A stretch of DNA of 39,069 bases from NCBI GenBank assembly GCA_003601695.1, contig PIYH01000001.1:1-39069 (forward strand). Direction: 5' to 3'. The position numbers and the translations under genes are program-made. The stretch is from Candidatus Bathyarchaeota archaeon (GTDB lineage Archaea > Thermoproteota > Bathyarchaeia > Bathyarchaeales > DTEX01). Below, one piece after another: positions 1 to 9,571 of this stretch; the stretch's first letter is position 1; the number at the start of each line of letters is the position of its first letter. The notes under the pieces are model-generated. The model saw only the letters and a list, made by a program, of their open reading frames with translations, did no database searches and was not told the DNA's origin.

Positions 1-276
1 GAAGTATATGCCTATTCTCTCCCCGCCTCTGATAATCTTATCAACCCCAACTCCAAATTGGCGCAGATAGTTTATGCAAGCATCGCCAATTTCATGTGGG
101 GGAAGCCTAGTTACGTAATCAACGGGAACTCCGAAGTTTGCTAGGGCGATAGCTACGTTTGCTTCTCCTCCACCATATATTGCTTCAAATGATCTAGTCT
201 GGACAAATCTGAGAAACTTGGGAGGGGAGAGGCGAAGCATTATCTCCCCAAAAGTCACTACTTTCCTTTGCTCCAT
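1..276 (-). CDS. kdgK: PfkB-family sugar kinase, 2-keto-3-deoxygluconate kinase-like; 5' part only (92 codons), the gene runs off the left edge
   Basis: Reverse-strand ATG at 276-274. My translation MEQRKVVTFGEIMLRLSPPKFLRFVQTRSFEAIYGGGEANVAIALANFGVPVDYVTRLPPHEIGDACINYLRQFGVGVDKIIRGGERIGIYF stays open to position 1. The pattern FGEIMLRL...RF...YGGxEANVA..LANFG is the N-terminal signature I associate with KDG kinases of the ribokinase/PfkB family. It is absent from the ORF track because it is truncated. Confidence 0.6.
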   Translation of the reverse strand, partial: MEQRKVVTFGEIMLRLSPPKFLRFVQTRSFEAIYGGGEANVAIALANFGVPVDYVTRLPPHEIGDACINYLRQFGVGVDKIIRGGERIGIYF

Positions 277-425
277 ATTAGATATCCTCCACACTCTTTA
301 TTCAAACCCTAATTCCTAATTTATTTTATGCTATGCTAGATGTTGCTTAAGAAGTAAAAACCCATTAATCTTTTATCTGAAGAGAAGTAAATATTCCATT
401 CAAGATCGCTTTCAAGTGAACATTG

Positions 426-887
426 ATGAGTAAAGATTCTCCTCTAAAAGAGAAAGTGGAGGAAGAATTTGAAGAGAAAGATGGAAATCTTAATAAGCTT
501 GTTGAAACCTTGATGGAGAGCTTCTTAAGATCAAATAGCAACTATGGGGCAATAACAGATATAGAGACTGACATCAACAGAATATACGATTTAGTTAGAA
601 AATGCATAAAAAAGAGGAGGATGAAAGTTTACGCACTCAAGATTGATGACCGCATTTTGCTCTCCAAAACAAATGAGGAATTCAGCGATCTTTATGAGGT
701 AATAAAGGAGTGCTCAGATCTCCAGATTAAGAAAGATATGATTGAGATATGGGATGATGCAAAGAATAGAATCTTACATTTGCTGATTACACCCGTTAGA
801 AAACACTTTCCGTTAAGGTATAAAAACTCAAGACAGAGGCTGGAGATTATAAAGAAGATATCGTCCATGACATGGTCTGCTGATTAA
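426..887 (+). CDS. hypothetical protein (153 aa), acidic N-terminus, no recognisable family
   Basis: ORF track 423..887, with TTG at 423 directly followed by ATG at 426. The composition is charged and looks helical. It is convergent with rps12. I recognise no motif. Confidence 0.5.
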   Translation: MSKDSPLKEKVEEEFEEKDGNLNKLVETLMESFLRSNSNYGAITDIETDINRIYDLVRKCIKKRRMKVYALKIDDRILLSKTNEEFSDLYEVIKECSDLQIKKDMIEIWDDAKNRILHLLITPVRKHFPLRYKNSRQRLEIIKKISSMTWSAD

Positions 888-929
888 CTTTTATGATCTA
901 AGAAACAGAAATTGCTTGTGTATGGAGGC

Positions 930-1367
930 TTACCGCAGAGGCTTCTCCTTCTTTCCTAAAACGAGCTCTTTAAGAGAAACGTCGTTGACTAAGCTAACCT
1001 TCCATCTAATCCCTGGAATATCTCCCATCGCGCCGCCCTGTGAACCGCCGATTCCTTCAACGATCACTTCATCATGCTCATCAACAACGTTTAATGCTCC
1101 ATCTCCCGGAAGGAAGGCAGTTATAACTTTTCCATTCTTTATGAGCTGAACGCGGACACATTTTCTTATGGCACTGTTTGGCTGTTTGCTTTCGCGTCCA
1201 ACTTTCTCTAGGACTATTCCGCGGCCCATCGGAGCGCCTTCGAGAGGATCTGATTTAACATCTAGCCTAAGTTTACGCCGTTTATAGTCAATATCACTCC
1301 ATCTCCACTTCTTCCTGTTTAGGCGTAGTTTTCTAGCGGCGAACATTCCCTTAGGAGACTTACCCAC
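930..1367 (-). CDS. rps12: 30S ribosomal protein S12 (uS12)
   Basis: The ORF track 930..1415 contains [56 protein letters not shown], the universal uS12 core. The first 16 codons ([16 protein letters not shown]) look non-genuine. An in-frame GTG at 1367 ([14 protein letters not shown]) gives the usual ~145 aa. ATG at 1346 is an alternative start. Confidence 0.95.
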   Translation of the reverse strand: MGKSPKGMFAARKLRLNRKKWRWSDIDYKRRKLRLDVKSDPLEGAPMGRGIVLEKVGRESKQPNSAIRKCVRVQLIKNGKVITAFLPGDGALNVVDEHDEVIVEGIGGSQGGAMGDIPGIRWKVSLVNDVSLKELVLGKKEKPLR

Positions 1368-1468
1368 CGAGTTCTCCCTCTCACACTTGTTAATAAAGCA
1401 GTGATGAAAGAACATTCTTAAATATTTCTATTTTTGGACTTGTCTAGTGTAGAAACGCTTAAGGTTTT

Positions 1469-1906
1469 TCAGAGTATGGAAACGTTACTTATATCAAAGT
1501 ATCGTTTAGCTAAGAATCTGATTCTTTCAGCATTCTTTCCATTCTTTCCGATGGCTATCCCCTTGTCTCTCGGATCTACTGAGACGACCGCTATCTTCTT
1601 TCCATCAGTTCTTTGAGTTATCCGTATCTCTCTAAGCCTAGCTGGGCGCAGAGCGTTTCTTATGAATGCCGCCGGATTATCAGAGAATTCGATGACTTCA
1701 TGCTTTTTTCCAGTCATCTTCTCAAGCAAGATTATATTTTTCCCTCGTTTTCCGATGGCCATTCCTGCTTCGCCTTCCTTCACAACGTAGATCACTCGGT
1801 TATTCTCATCATCTATTATGCAATCTCTTACGGTCGCTCCGGTGATGCTTTCGAATAGCGATATGAACTGTAATTCACGATTCGTGAATTTTATTCCCTT
1901 AGACAT
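1469..1906 (-). CDS. nusA: archaeal NusA-like transcription elongation/termination factor (two KH domains)
   Basis: 145-aa ORF with two KH-type GxxG loops (IGKRGKNI and IGKNGKNAERI). It sits in the canonical archaeal position between rpl30e and rps12. Its ATG overlaps the rpl30e stop (ATGTCTAA). Confidence 0.9.
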   Translation of the reverse strand: MSKGIKFTNRELQFISLFESITGATVRDCIIDDENNRVIYVVKEGEAGMAIGKRGKNIILLEKMTGKKHEVIEFSDNPAAFIRNALRPARLREIRITQRTDGKKIAVVSVDPRDKGIAIGKNGKNAERIRFLAKRYFDISNVSIL

Positions 1907-2210
1907 TCCTCTCTCTCACCACTTCTAGTATATCTGAGTCTCCAGGATCCCTTACGGCTAGAACCGAGATAGAGAAAGGTTTTCCACAGGCTCTACCTAG
2001 CTCTGTATTATTTCTTGGGGATACAACTAGAGGGATTCTTGAAATTTTACAGTATTTCTCCACATCTTTCCTGATACTATCTGGACAGTTAGATGCTAAT
2101 ACTACTAGCCGAACTTTCCCCGTCATAACATTTTTTATGGCTGAGTTCGCACCGAATAAAACTTTCCCCGTCTTTACAGCGACTCCCAATGCTTGATCAA
2201 GATTCACCAC
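1899..2210 (-). CDS. rpl30e: 50S ribosomal protein L30e
   Basis: 103 aa. The GKVLFGANSAIKNVMTGKVRLVVLASNCP...GRACGKPF pattern is typical of the L30e/L7Ae fold family. The GTG start at 2210 lies 14 nt inside the rpoA 3' end. Its position directly after rpoA is the conserved archaeal one. Confidence 0.9.
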   Translation of the reverse strand: MVNLDQALGVAVKTGKVLFGANSAIKNVMTGKVRLVVLASNCPDSIRKDVEKYCKISRIPLVVSPRNNTELGRACGKPFSISVLAVRDPGDSDILEVVRERNV

Positions 2211-5200
2211 TAGATTTCACCTCGCTTTTCGATGGCACAGCGGACATGTAGATGTCAACTAACCCTGTACCTATGGGAATGAATTGACCAACTATTACAT
2301 TCTCGGTAACGCCTTTAAGGTTATCGGTCTCTCCCCTAACGGCAGCTTCAACAATATTTGGAACCGTTATCTCAAATGCTGCCCGGGCGAGTACGCTTGC
2401 CTTCTCTCCGCTTACTCCATGCCTACCTATCTGTCTAACCTCGCCAGTTGCAGTCATGATATCGGCTACGAGCATTATGTGCCGAATATCCACATCAAGT
2501 CCTTGCTCTTCTAGTACTGATGACGCCTCTCTTATAAGAGCGTTTCTGGCAGCCTCTATTCCAAGAGTCTCCGCGATCTCGTGAATATTATTGGTAGTAG
2601 TCCTCGTCGGATCGACTCCTTCAATCTCAAGAACTTTTGGCAGATTTGAGCCGTCCGTCCTTATGATCCATCTTCCCTCCTCTTCAGAAACGAGTATTCT
2701 CTTGATTCCCGGAATTCCCTTAATGTGCATTGATGATATCTGACTTAGAAGCTTCTTTGGATCTACAGGTTTCTTCGAGTCAACGAAGATTTTACCGTCT
2801 TTTACCTTCACAAGATACTTTTGTTTCTCCAAAACTTCAACTAAATCGTTAATCGTTACACCCCTTTCCCTCATCTTCACGGGGTCTATCTCTATGATTA
2901 TTCCTCCAGTCTCCGGGTTGATAAAGACTTCAGAGGCAACATCTTCAACAGTCGTGTAAAGAATTCTTTGCGCGACTTTCGTTGCTTTCTCTCTACTCCC
3001 ACCGTACTCTTTATTCAAGTATATCGTCATGATTGGTGTTGACGGTTTTCTTCTCGCGTCAACTATCTCGATGAGACGCGGTAAACCTATCGTTACATTC
3101 ATTTCTCTGACGCCTGCGTAATGGAAGGTTCTAAGGGTCATCTGTGTGCCAGGTTCACCGATTGATTGAGCTGCCACAATTCCAATAGCTTCTCCAGGTT
3201 CAACGAGAGAACGCCTGTAGTGTTCAACTGTTGATCTGATCGCCAAATCCACCCCCTTTTTGCTTAGCTTCACATGTGAAAGATTAGTTTCAAGCTCATC
3301 TAGAAGTAAAGGTGTTAGCTGATCCTTCACTTTTTCTAAATGTTTCTTCATATATTCTTTGGAGGCTGGTTTTCTTCCCTCATCAATTAGCTTTATCTGA
3401 TCGATGAGCCGTGCAACATTTACCGCCTTTCCATGATCACTCTTCGCAGGATCAACTCCATCCTCTCCATATTTGAACTGTATAATATCTCCAGTTGAGT
3501 TTCTGACGGTGCCGTCATATTCAACTCTAAGGTGTTCCATAGCGTTTATTAGTCTTCTCTGCATATATCCGCTCTGCTGGGTTCGCACTGCAGTATCTAC
3601 AAGCCCCTCTCTTCCACCCATAGCGTGGAAGAAAAACTCTATGGGATCTAGTCCATCCCGATAAGATGAGTAGACGAAGCCGCGGGCTTTAGGCGAAGCA
3701 TCTCCGACTTTAAAGTGTGGGAGAGCCCTGTTCATGTAGCCTCTTGTGATTCTTTTACCGCGTACTGATTGTTGCCCCAAACATGCAGTCATCTGGCCGA
3801 TATTGATTGTAGAGCCTCTAGCTCCGCTTCTCGTCATTATCACTCCGGAGTTATTCATGCTTAGATCAGCATCTGCAATATCTCCAGCCTTAGTTCTGGC
3901 CTTAGCCAGTTCATTCATAACGTATATCTCAAATGAATCTTCAAGGGTTAATCCAGGAAGCCGTTCCAGCGTTCCTTTATGTAGCTGTTCGGTGAATTCT
4001 GAGACCTTCCTCTCAGCTAGGCTTATCACGTTTCTGATCTCCTTCTTAACCTCTGAGGAGAGATTGAGTTCCTCATAGGAGAATGAGAAGCCGCGCATGG
4101 TTATGAACCGTGTGAGAAGTCTGCTTATGCTGTTGAGAAATTTCCTTGCAGATTTTGTTCCATAATCTTTTATAAGCCTGTGTAGAATGCTTTCGGACTT
4201 CTCAGCTCCTATAGAGTTTTTATCTATTACTCCACATATTAACTCTCCATTCTTTATTACTACATATGCGTCGTATGGGCATTTCTCATGCAAGCAGACA
4301 TCACAGTTTCTGCATATGCTAGCCTTAAGAGTGTAGCTGAAATCTTTTGGAAGAAAGAGACTAAATATCTGCTTGCCAGTCCATAGCTTTTTTGGCTTCT
4401 TTATTGCCGGCTCAGGAATCTCGCCTTCATATCCGGCTGCCATTAAAAGCTTACAGACCTCCTTCTTGGTGAGAAGAGTAGATTTTCGGGTAAGGAGATA
4501 AGCAGCGGTTACGAAGTCTCTAATAGCACCTATTATTGGACCTCCGAATCTTGGAGAAAGAATCTGATCTTGAACCTGCATGAGAATTCGAGCCTCGGTC
4601 TGAGCCTCTTCGCTCTGAGGAACATGCAGGTTCATTTCGTCTCCGTCGAAATCCGCATTATATGGTGGGCAAACGCAGAGATGAAGACGAAAAGTCTTAT
4701 AGGGAAGAACTTTAACGTAATGCGCCATTATAGACATTCGGTGGAGGGATGGTTGCCTATTAAATATTACTATATCTCCATTTCGCAGATGTCTCTCGAT
4801 GACGAATCCGGGCTCTAGAGACTCAGCAATCTTCTCCCTATCGAGAACAAATTCTAACCTAATCCGCTTACCGTCTGGCCTCACGAGATATAAAGCTCCA
4901 GGATATTTTTCCGGTCCGTTGATGATTAGCTTTCTCATCTCCTCGATATTCCAAGGTGTAACTTTTTCTGGAACGGAAAGCTTCTTAGCTATTTCTAAGG
5001 GAACTCCAACTTCATTAATATCGATGTTTGGATCTGGGCTTATAACTGTGCGTGCTGAGAAATCAACGCGTTTTCCAGATAGATTTGTTCTGAATCTTCC
5101 CTCTTTTCCCTTAAGTCGTTGTGATAGAGTCTTCAAAGCTCGTCCGGAACGATGTCTGGCCGGAGGGATACCGGAGGATTCATTATTGAAATACGTTGTT

Positions 5201-6033
5201 ACATGATACTCAAGAAGCTCTGTTAAGTCTTGGATTATAAGTGTCGGAGCTCCAGCTTCCAAATTCTCTTTAAGTCTTTCATTTATTCTAATGACATCTA
5301 CAAGTTTGTGGGTAAGATCATCCTCAGATCTGATTCCAGACTCTAGGGTGATCGACGGTCTAACATAGACTGGGGGGACTGGAAGAACTTGAAGTATCAT
5401 CCATTCTGGACGAGCATGCTCGGGATCGTATCCTAAAATTCTTAGATCCTCATTAGGTATCCTCTCGAATCTCTCCCTTATCATGCTTGCGGTTAGCCGC
5501 TGTACACCTTTCTCTGTATGTTCATAGAAGATTGTAGGCTTAACGAATTCTATCTTGTATTGCTTCGCTCCGCAGTGAGGACATTGCATCGTTGATTTGG
5601 CTTGCTCAAGGAGATTATAGTGGAAGGAGTTCGGAACTTCACCGAGTAGCTTCTCGGCCTCCTCACTCCGAGCCTTAGCCTTTGATATACTCTTATCGTC
5701 GAGCAAGATCCTACCACAGTTTCTGCAGAACGCTTGAAGAAGATCATGGATGCTCTTAGTAAACTCGACATGTATTATTGGAACAGCTAGTTCGATGTGA
5801 CCAAAATGGCCTGGACACTTTGTTGCTGTATTACCGCATGTCCCGCATCTTTGCCCCGGCTCTAGAACTCCAAGTCTATTATCCATTAGACCAGAGGGTA
5901 TTACCGCTCCGTCTTCATCATATGTATCCGCGGTTTTTATTTCTGCAACTGAGAGCTTACGTATCTCTTGAGGAGAAAAGATTCCGAAGCGGATGGCATC
6001 AATAACTTTTCCATAAGATTCTTCAACAGCCAT
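2197..6033 (-). CDS. rpoA: DNA-directed RNA polymerase subunit A, unsplit (A' and A'' fused in one 1278-aa ORF)
   Basis: One uninterrupted frame holds the N-terminal Zn motif CGTCGNTATKCPGHFGHIEL, the catalytic NADFDGDEMNLH, and the A''-type AAQSIGEPGTQMTLRTFHYAGV region. The total length is about that of A' (~880 aa) plus A'' (~390 aa). Confidence 0.97.
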   Translation of the reverse strand: MAVEESYGKVIDAIRFGIFSPQEIRKLSVAEIKTADTYDEDGAVIPSGLMDNRLGVLEPGQRCGTCGNTATKCPGHFGHIELAVPIIHVEFTKSIHDLLQAFCRNCGRILLDDKSISKAKARSEEAEKLLGEVPNSFHYNLLEQAKSTMQCPHCGAKQYKIEFVKPTIFYEHTEKGVQRLTASMIRERFERIPNEDLRILGYDPEHARPEWMILQVLPVPPVYVRPSITLESGIRSEDDLTHKLVDVIRINERLKENLEAGAPTLIIQDLTELLEYHVTTYFNNESSGIPPARHRSGRALKTLSQRLKGKEGRFRTNLSGKRVDFSARTVISPDPNIDINEVGVPLEIAKKLSVPEKVTPWNIEEMRKLIINGPEKYPGALYLVRPDGKRIRLEFVLDREKIAESLEPGFVIERHLRNGDIVIFNRQPSLHRMSIMAHYVKVLPYKTFRLHLCVCPPYNADFDGDEMNLHVPQSEEAQTEARILMQVQDQILSPRFGGPIIGAIRDFVTAAYLLTRKSTLLTKKEVCKLLMAAGYEGEIPEPAIKKPKKLWTGKQIFSLFLPKDFSYTLKASICRNCDVCLHEKCPYDAYVVIKNGELICGVIDKNSIGAEKSESILHRLIKDYGTKSARKFLNSISRLLTRFITMRGFSFSYEELNLSSEVKKEIRNVISLAERKVSEFTEQLHKGTLERLPGLTLEDSFEIYVMNELAKARTKAGDIADADLSMNNSGVIMTRSGARGSTINIGQMTACLGQQSVRGKRITRGYMNRALPHFKVGDASPKARGFVYSSYRDGLDPIEFFFHAMGGREGLVDTAVRTQQSGYMQRRLINAMEHLRVEYDGTVRNSTGDIIQFKYGEDGVDPAKSDHGKAVNVARLIDQIKLIDEGRKPASKEYMKKHLEKVKDQLTPLLLDELETNLSHVKLSKKGVDLAIRSTVEHYRRSLVEPGEAIGIVAAQSIGEPGTQMTLRTFHYAGVREMNVTIGLPRLIEIVDARRKPSTPIMTIYLNKEYGGSREKATKVAQRILYTTVEDVASEVFINPETGGIIIEIDPVKMRERGVTINDLVEVLEKQKYLVKVKDGKIFVDSKKPVDPKKLLSQISSMHIKGIPGIKRILVSEEEGRWIIRTDGSNLPKVLEIEGVDPTRTTTNNIHEIAETLGIEAARNALIREASSVLEEQGLDVDIRHIMLVADIMTATGEVRQIGRHGVSGEKASVLARAAFEITVPNIVEAAVRGETDNLKGVTENVIVGQFIPIGTGLVDIYMSAVPSKSEVKSSGES

Positions 6034-6035
6034 CT

Positions 6036-9000
6036 TTACGCCCTCTCTTTAAGAATTAATCTTGGAGAAATGCAGAGACTCATAAGCTCTTGAAGTAGAA
6101 GCTTAAAGGCGTAGGAAACTTGAACCGGGGAGATCTTGGCCTTGTCCCCGCAGATTCTACAGACATATTTTCGCTGTCTCATATCATAGTATGCGATATA
6201 ACCGCAGTTCTCGCATACGTAGAGCGTGTACTTATCTGATTCTTCTAAAAGTCTATCGTGAAGCAGCATTGCGGCTCCATGTCCAATTAGGCAGTCCCGC
6301 TCCATCTCCCCGAATCTTAATCCTCCGCCCCTAGCACGTCCCTCAGTCGGTTGTCTAGTTAACATCTGAACCTGTCCTCTAGCCCTCGCATGGATCTTGT
6401 CAGAGACCATGTGATGAAGCTTCTGGTAATAAATTACTCCCATGAATACTTCAGCTTCATACTTCTCTCCTGTTATACCATTATAGAGAACTTCTCGGCC
6501 AGTATAGCTGAAACCTAAGTCGATAAGCGCCTTCTTGAGTGCGTCTCCCTTTGCACCTGCAAATGGAGTTCCATCGATTATTTTTCCTTGAGCCACGCCT
6601 ACCTTCCCAGCGAGCGATTCTAAGAACTGGCCGATAGTCATTCTAGATGGAAAGGCATGTGGATTTATTATGATGTCAGGAACTATTCCGTCAACGCTGA
6701 AGGGCATATCTTCTTGAGGAACTATCATTCCTATAACTCCTTTTTGACCATGGCGAGAAGCGAATTTATCCCCTATTTCTGGAATACGTTCATCCCTCAC
6801 TCTAACTTTAACAAGCTTGTTTCCCTCATTCGTTTCGGACAGAAATATGGCATCAACCGTTCCCTTCTCGGAGGGTCTCATACTAATAGAGGAATCCCTC
6901 ATACTTGGACCTCTTATCTCAAACTCCTTGTACTCTTCAAGGAAACGCGGCGGGCTTACTCGGCCTATAAGGACGTCTCCCCCGGAGACCTCAGATTCAA
7001 CGCCAACTATGCCGTCCTCTTCTAGGAAACGGTAATACTGTTCTCCACGGTATCCCCGAATTCCAGGCTCCGGTATCCTAATCTCATCTCTTAATCCTCC
7101 TAAATAGTGGAGACATTCAGCTTCGTAAATTCTGTAGAAAGTTGACCGTGCAAGTCCCCTTTCTATCGAGGCTTTGTTAAATATTAGAGCGTCCTCCATA
7201 TTGTATCCTTCAAACGAAAGTACAGCTACAATACAGTTTTGCCCTGAGGGACGGAGGTCATAGCCTATGATCTCCATCGGCTTAGTCTGAACTATCGGTA
7301 TTTGAGGATAGTGAAGTATGTGAGCACGTGAGTCAACTCTGAACGGGAAGTTTGACGCATAGATGCCGAGAGCCTGCTTCGCCATCGCCGACTCATAAGA
7401 GTTACGGGGAGATTGATTATGCTCAGCATATGGTATAAGGGAGGCACATATCCCAAAGATTGAATAAGACGTTATCTCTAAATGCGTATGCTCCGAAGTT
7501 ACGTCTTTAGGATCAAGAGCTATTAATGCATTCTCCTCCTCCTCAGCATCCAAATATTCGATAATGCCGCGTTTTATGAGATCCTCCCACTTCCATTCTC
7601 CTTTCTTAACCTTCTCTATCTCTTCGGGTCCTAACTTCGGCTCACCATCCTCGACAATTATAAGTGCCCGCCTAACTCTTCCCTCATCACAGTTCACATA
7701 AACTTCATCATTACTTCCATTAATCTTAGAGAAGTATGCAACGTTTATTTCAGAGGAGATCTCCCCTCTCCTTCTAGCTTCTCTCAATTCTTTCACAAGC
7801 TTAGGTGGAAAAGAGTGATATCCAATTGGGCAACCATCGACGAAGACTTTAGCTCCGGAAATCTTCAACTCTCTACTTGCCTCTGCAAGCGGGACTACTC
7901 CTCTTTCATAAAGCATCTGTTTAACTTTTTCCGGGTCATAGCCTACTGAAATCACTGCTGAAAGAGCAAGATTTTTAACTAACCCGCAGTTTGCGCCTTC
8001 AGGAGTCTCATTCGGACATAGCCTGCCCCAATGAGTAGCATGAAGATCGCGGGCTTCAAAATTAGGTTGGCTTCGGCTGAGGGGAGATTGAAGCCTTCTG
8101 AGATGGCTAAAAGTAGATATCATGTTAGTTCTATCTAGAAGCTGCGTTATTCCTACACGTCCCCTACCCCAGTTTCCAGTCGCGAGTGAGTGTTGAATTT
8201 TATCAGTGACTATTCCAGGCCTAACCGCTATTGATATGCCAAGCATTCTTCTCCTCGCCCCCATTCTTTCAAGCTGGTATTTGATATCGCGGCAGAGATT
8301 TCTGAATGCAACTCGGAAGAGATCAGATAGAAGCGGACCAGCGAGCCTCAAGCGTTTATTCTTGAAGTGATCCTTATCATCCGGCTTCCGTCTTCCGAGC
8401 TTCAGTTCTATGGCTCGCCGAGCCATCTCTCCTAAAAAGAAGGCTTTTTCTCTCCTCGATTCCTTTGTCCTTCCAACGTGGGGAAGAAGATTCTTGTCAA
8501 TTATATTTTCAGCTTTTACTAGACGATAACTTCTTATCTGACCATATGCGGCTCTGTTTCCGATAAATAAGAGAGCATCCTCAACAGTATCAATGCCTTC
8601 AGCGGCGTCAAATGACGCCTCCAGCTCGCCTTGAACATCCTCATCAAGCGAGATCGCCTCAGCTATCTCTTTATCTGACTCTAAACCGAGCGCTCTCATA
8701 AGTATGATAAATGGAATCTCTGTAGATACTCCTGGAACCGACACATTTATGCGCCCGTCAGATTTGATACGTAGCTCGATTCTTGCTCTGAACCCCACAG
8801 TTGTGGAGAAAACTTTAGCCTCATACACCGGGTTGGCTCCGCTTGTATCTATATCTGTAAGAATACGATTCGGAGCTAAATCCTCAATCGCTACAATTAC
8901 TCGCTCAGAGCCGTTAATTATGAAGTATCCTCCCGGATCCAGCGGGTCCTCCCCATGCCTTATTAAATCTTCTTCTGAAAGTCCGGAAAGGAGACAGAAC

Positions 9001-9407
9001 TTGGACTTCAGCATTACAGGCAAATCGCCGATGTAGACTAGCTCCTTCAAATCTACACGTTCTCTTCCATCTATTACCGGCGTCATCTCCACTGATAGAG
9101 GCATAGCATACGTGAGATTTCTCAATCGAGCTTCCATGGGATATATTTCGTGGCGTGTTCCGTCAACCTCAGTTGTGTAGGGACCATAGATCACATCGCT
9201 TTCAACTTCTCTAACTATAAAAACCCGGCCAAACTTTATCTTGTAGGGGCCTTCTGGAACTTCTATATCTATTTCGTTTATCTCATCAATAACTTGCTGA
9301 ATCCCATGCTCTACGAATTCATTATATGAATCTAGATGCTGTCTGACAAGTCCCTTCTCTTCAAACATTGCCTTTTGTATGAAGAATGCATCTTCTGAAC
9401 TAATCAA
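6036..9407 (-). CDS. rpoB: DNA-directed RNA polymerase subunit B (unsplit, 1123 aa)
   Basis: Contains GDKFASRHGQKGV, RQPTEGRARGGGLRFGEMERDC and the C-terminal Zn ribbon CENCGYIAYYDMRQRKYVCRICG. The TTG start is at 9407. The stop lies 2 nt before the rpoA start. Confidence 0.97.
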   Translation of the reverse strand: MISSEDAFFIQKAMFEEKGLVRQHLDSYNEFVEHGIQQVIDEINEIDIEVPEGPYKIKFGRVFIVREVESDVIYGPYTTEVDGTRHEIYPMEARLRNLTYAMPLSVEMTPVIDGRERVDLKELVYIGDLPVMLKSKFCLLSGLSEEDLIRHGEDPLDPGGYFIINGSERVIVAIEDLAPNRILTDIDTSGANPVYEAKVFSTTVGFRARIELRIKSDGRINVSVPGVSTEIPFIILMRALGLESDKEIAEAISLDEDVQGELEASFDAAEGIDTVEDALLFIGNRAAYGQIRSYRLVKAENIIDKNLLPHVGRTKESRREKAFFLGEMARRAIELKLGRRKPDDKDHFKNKRLRLAGPLLSDLFRVAFRNLCRDIKYQLERMGARRRMLGISIAVRPGIVTDKIQHSLATGNWGRGRVGITQLLDRTNMISTFSHLRRLQSPLSRSQPNFEARDLHATHWGRLCPNETPEGANCGLVKNLALSAVISVGYDPEKVKQMLYERGVVPLAEASRELKISGAKVFVDGCPIGYHSFPPKLVKELREARRRGEISSEINVAYFSKINGSNDEVYVNCDEGRVRRALIIVEDGEPKLGPEEIEKVKKGEWKWEDLIKRGIIEYLDAEEEENALIALDPKDVTSEHTHLEITSYSIFGICASLIPYAEHNQSPRNSYESAMAKQALGIYASNFPFRVDSRAHILHYPQIPIVQTKPMEIIGYDLRPSGQNCIVAVLSFEGYNMEDALIFNKASIERGLARSTFYRIYEAECLHYLGGLRDEIRIPEPGIRGYRGEQYYRFLEEDGIVGVESEVSGGDVLIGRVSPPRFLEEYKEFEIRGPSMRDSSISMRPSEKGTVDAIFLSETNEGNKLVKVRVRDERIPEIGDKFASRHGQKGVIGMIVPQEDMPFSVDGIVPDIIINPHAFPSRMTIGQFLESLAGKVGVAQGKIIDGTPFAGAKGDALKKALIDLGFSYTGREVLYNGITGEKYEAEVFMGVIYYQKLHHMVSDKIHARARGQVQMLTRQPTEGRARGGGLRFGEMERDCLIGHGAAMLLHDRLLEESDKYTLYVCENCGYIAYYDMRQRKYVCRICGDKAKISPVQVSYAFKLLLQELMSLCISPRLILKERA

Positions 9408-9571
9408 TTCATATCAGCCTCTTCAAACGGCCTCCATTTAGACTTCACCACCGGAGAGATAATCGCCTCCGCCTCTCCGATGGACAAAGGATAGTTAAAT
9501 ATATTATCGGCATTTCCGCCATGTTTATGAGGATCCCTTCCTTTAGGCTTCACAAAGTAACGAAAGCACAT
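9404..9571 (-). CDS. possible small ORF (55 aa) whose stop overlaps the rpoB TTG start; function unknown, not RpoH-like
   Basis: My translation of the minus strand is MCFRYFVKPKGRDPHKHGGNADNIFNYPLSIGEAEAIISPVVKSKWRPFEEADMN*. The TGA at 9406-9404 overlaps the rpoB TTG at 9407-9405 (TTGA). It is below the ORF-track size cutoff. A TTAAATA element abuts its ATG, so the region may instead be a 5' leader. Confidence 0.2.
   Translation of the reverse strand: MCFRYFVKPKGRDPHKHGGNADNIFNYPLSIGEAEAIISPVVKSKWRPFEEADMN

Noticed and set aside
1368-1415. 16-codon N-terminal extension of the rps12 ORF ([16 protein letters not shown])
   Set aside because: Archaeal uS12 begins close to the ..GMFAARKL.. region. 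The in-frame GTG at 1367 gives the canonical length, so the extension is probably just an open frame upstream of the true start.
916-1858. Plus-strand ORFs 916..1149, 1434..1616 and 1613..1858 from the six-frame track
   Set aside because: They lie antisense to and inside rps12 and nusA, which have unmistakable conserved sequences. Their low-complexity, motif-free translations mark them as shadow ORFs.
2197-6033. Possible intein or insertion explaining the long rpoA ORF
   Set aside because: 1278 aa equals the sum of typical A' and A'' lengths. I saw no intein blocks, such as a C-terminal HN followed by a Cys/Ser/Thr nucleophile with a homing-endonuclease segment. The length comes from fusion, not insertion.
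2284-9036. Numerous 60-135-aa ORFs antisense or out of frame within rpoA and rpoB (e.g. 3746..4078, 4799..5206, 5550..5771, 6657..7025, 8704..9036)
   Set aside because: All are embedded in the two RNAP genes, whose frames are proven by universal motifs. The embedded ORFs are Ser/Leu/Pro-rich antisense or off-frame translations with no motifs.
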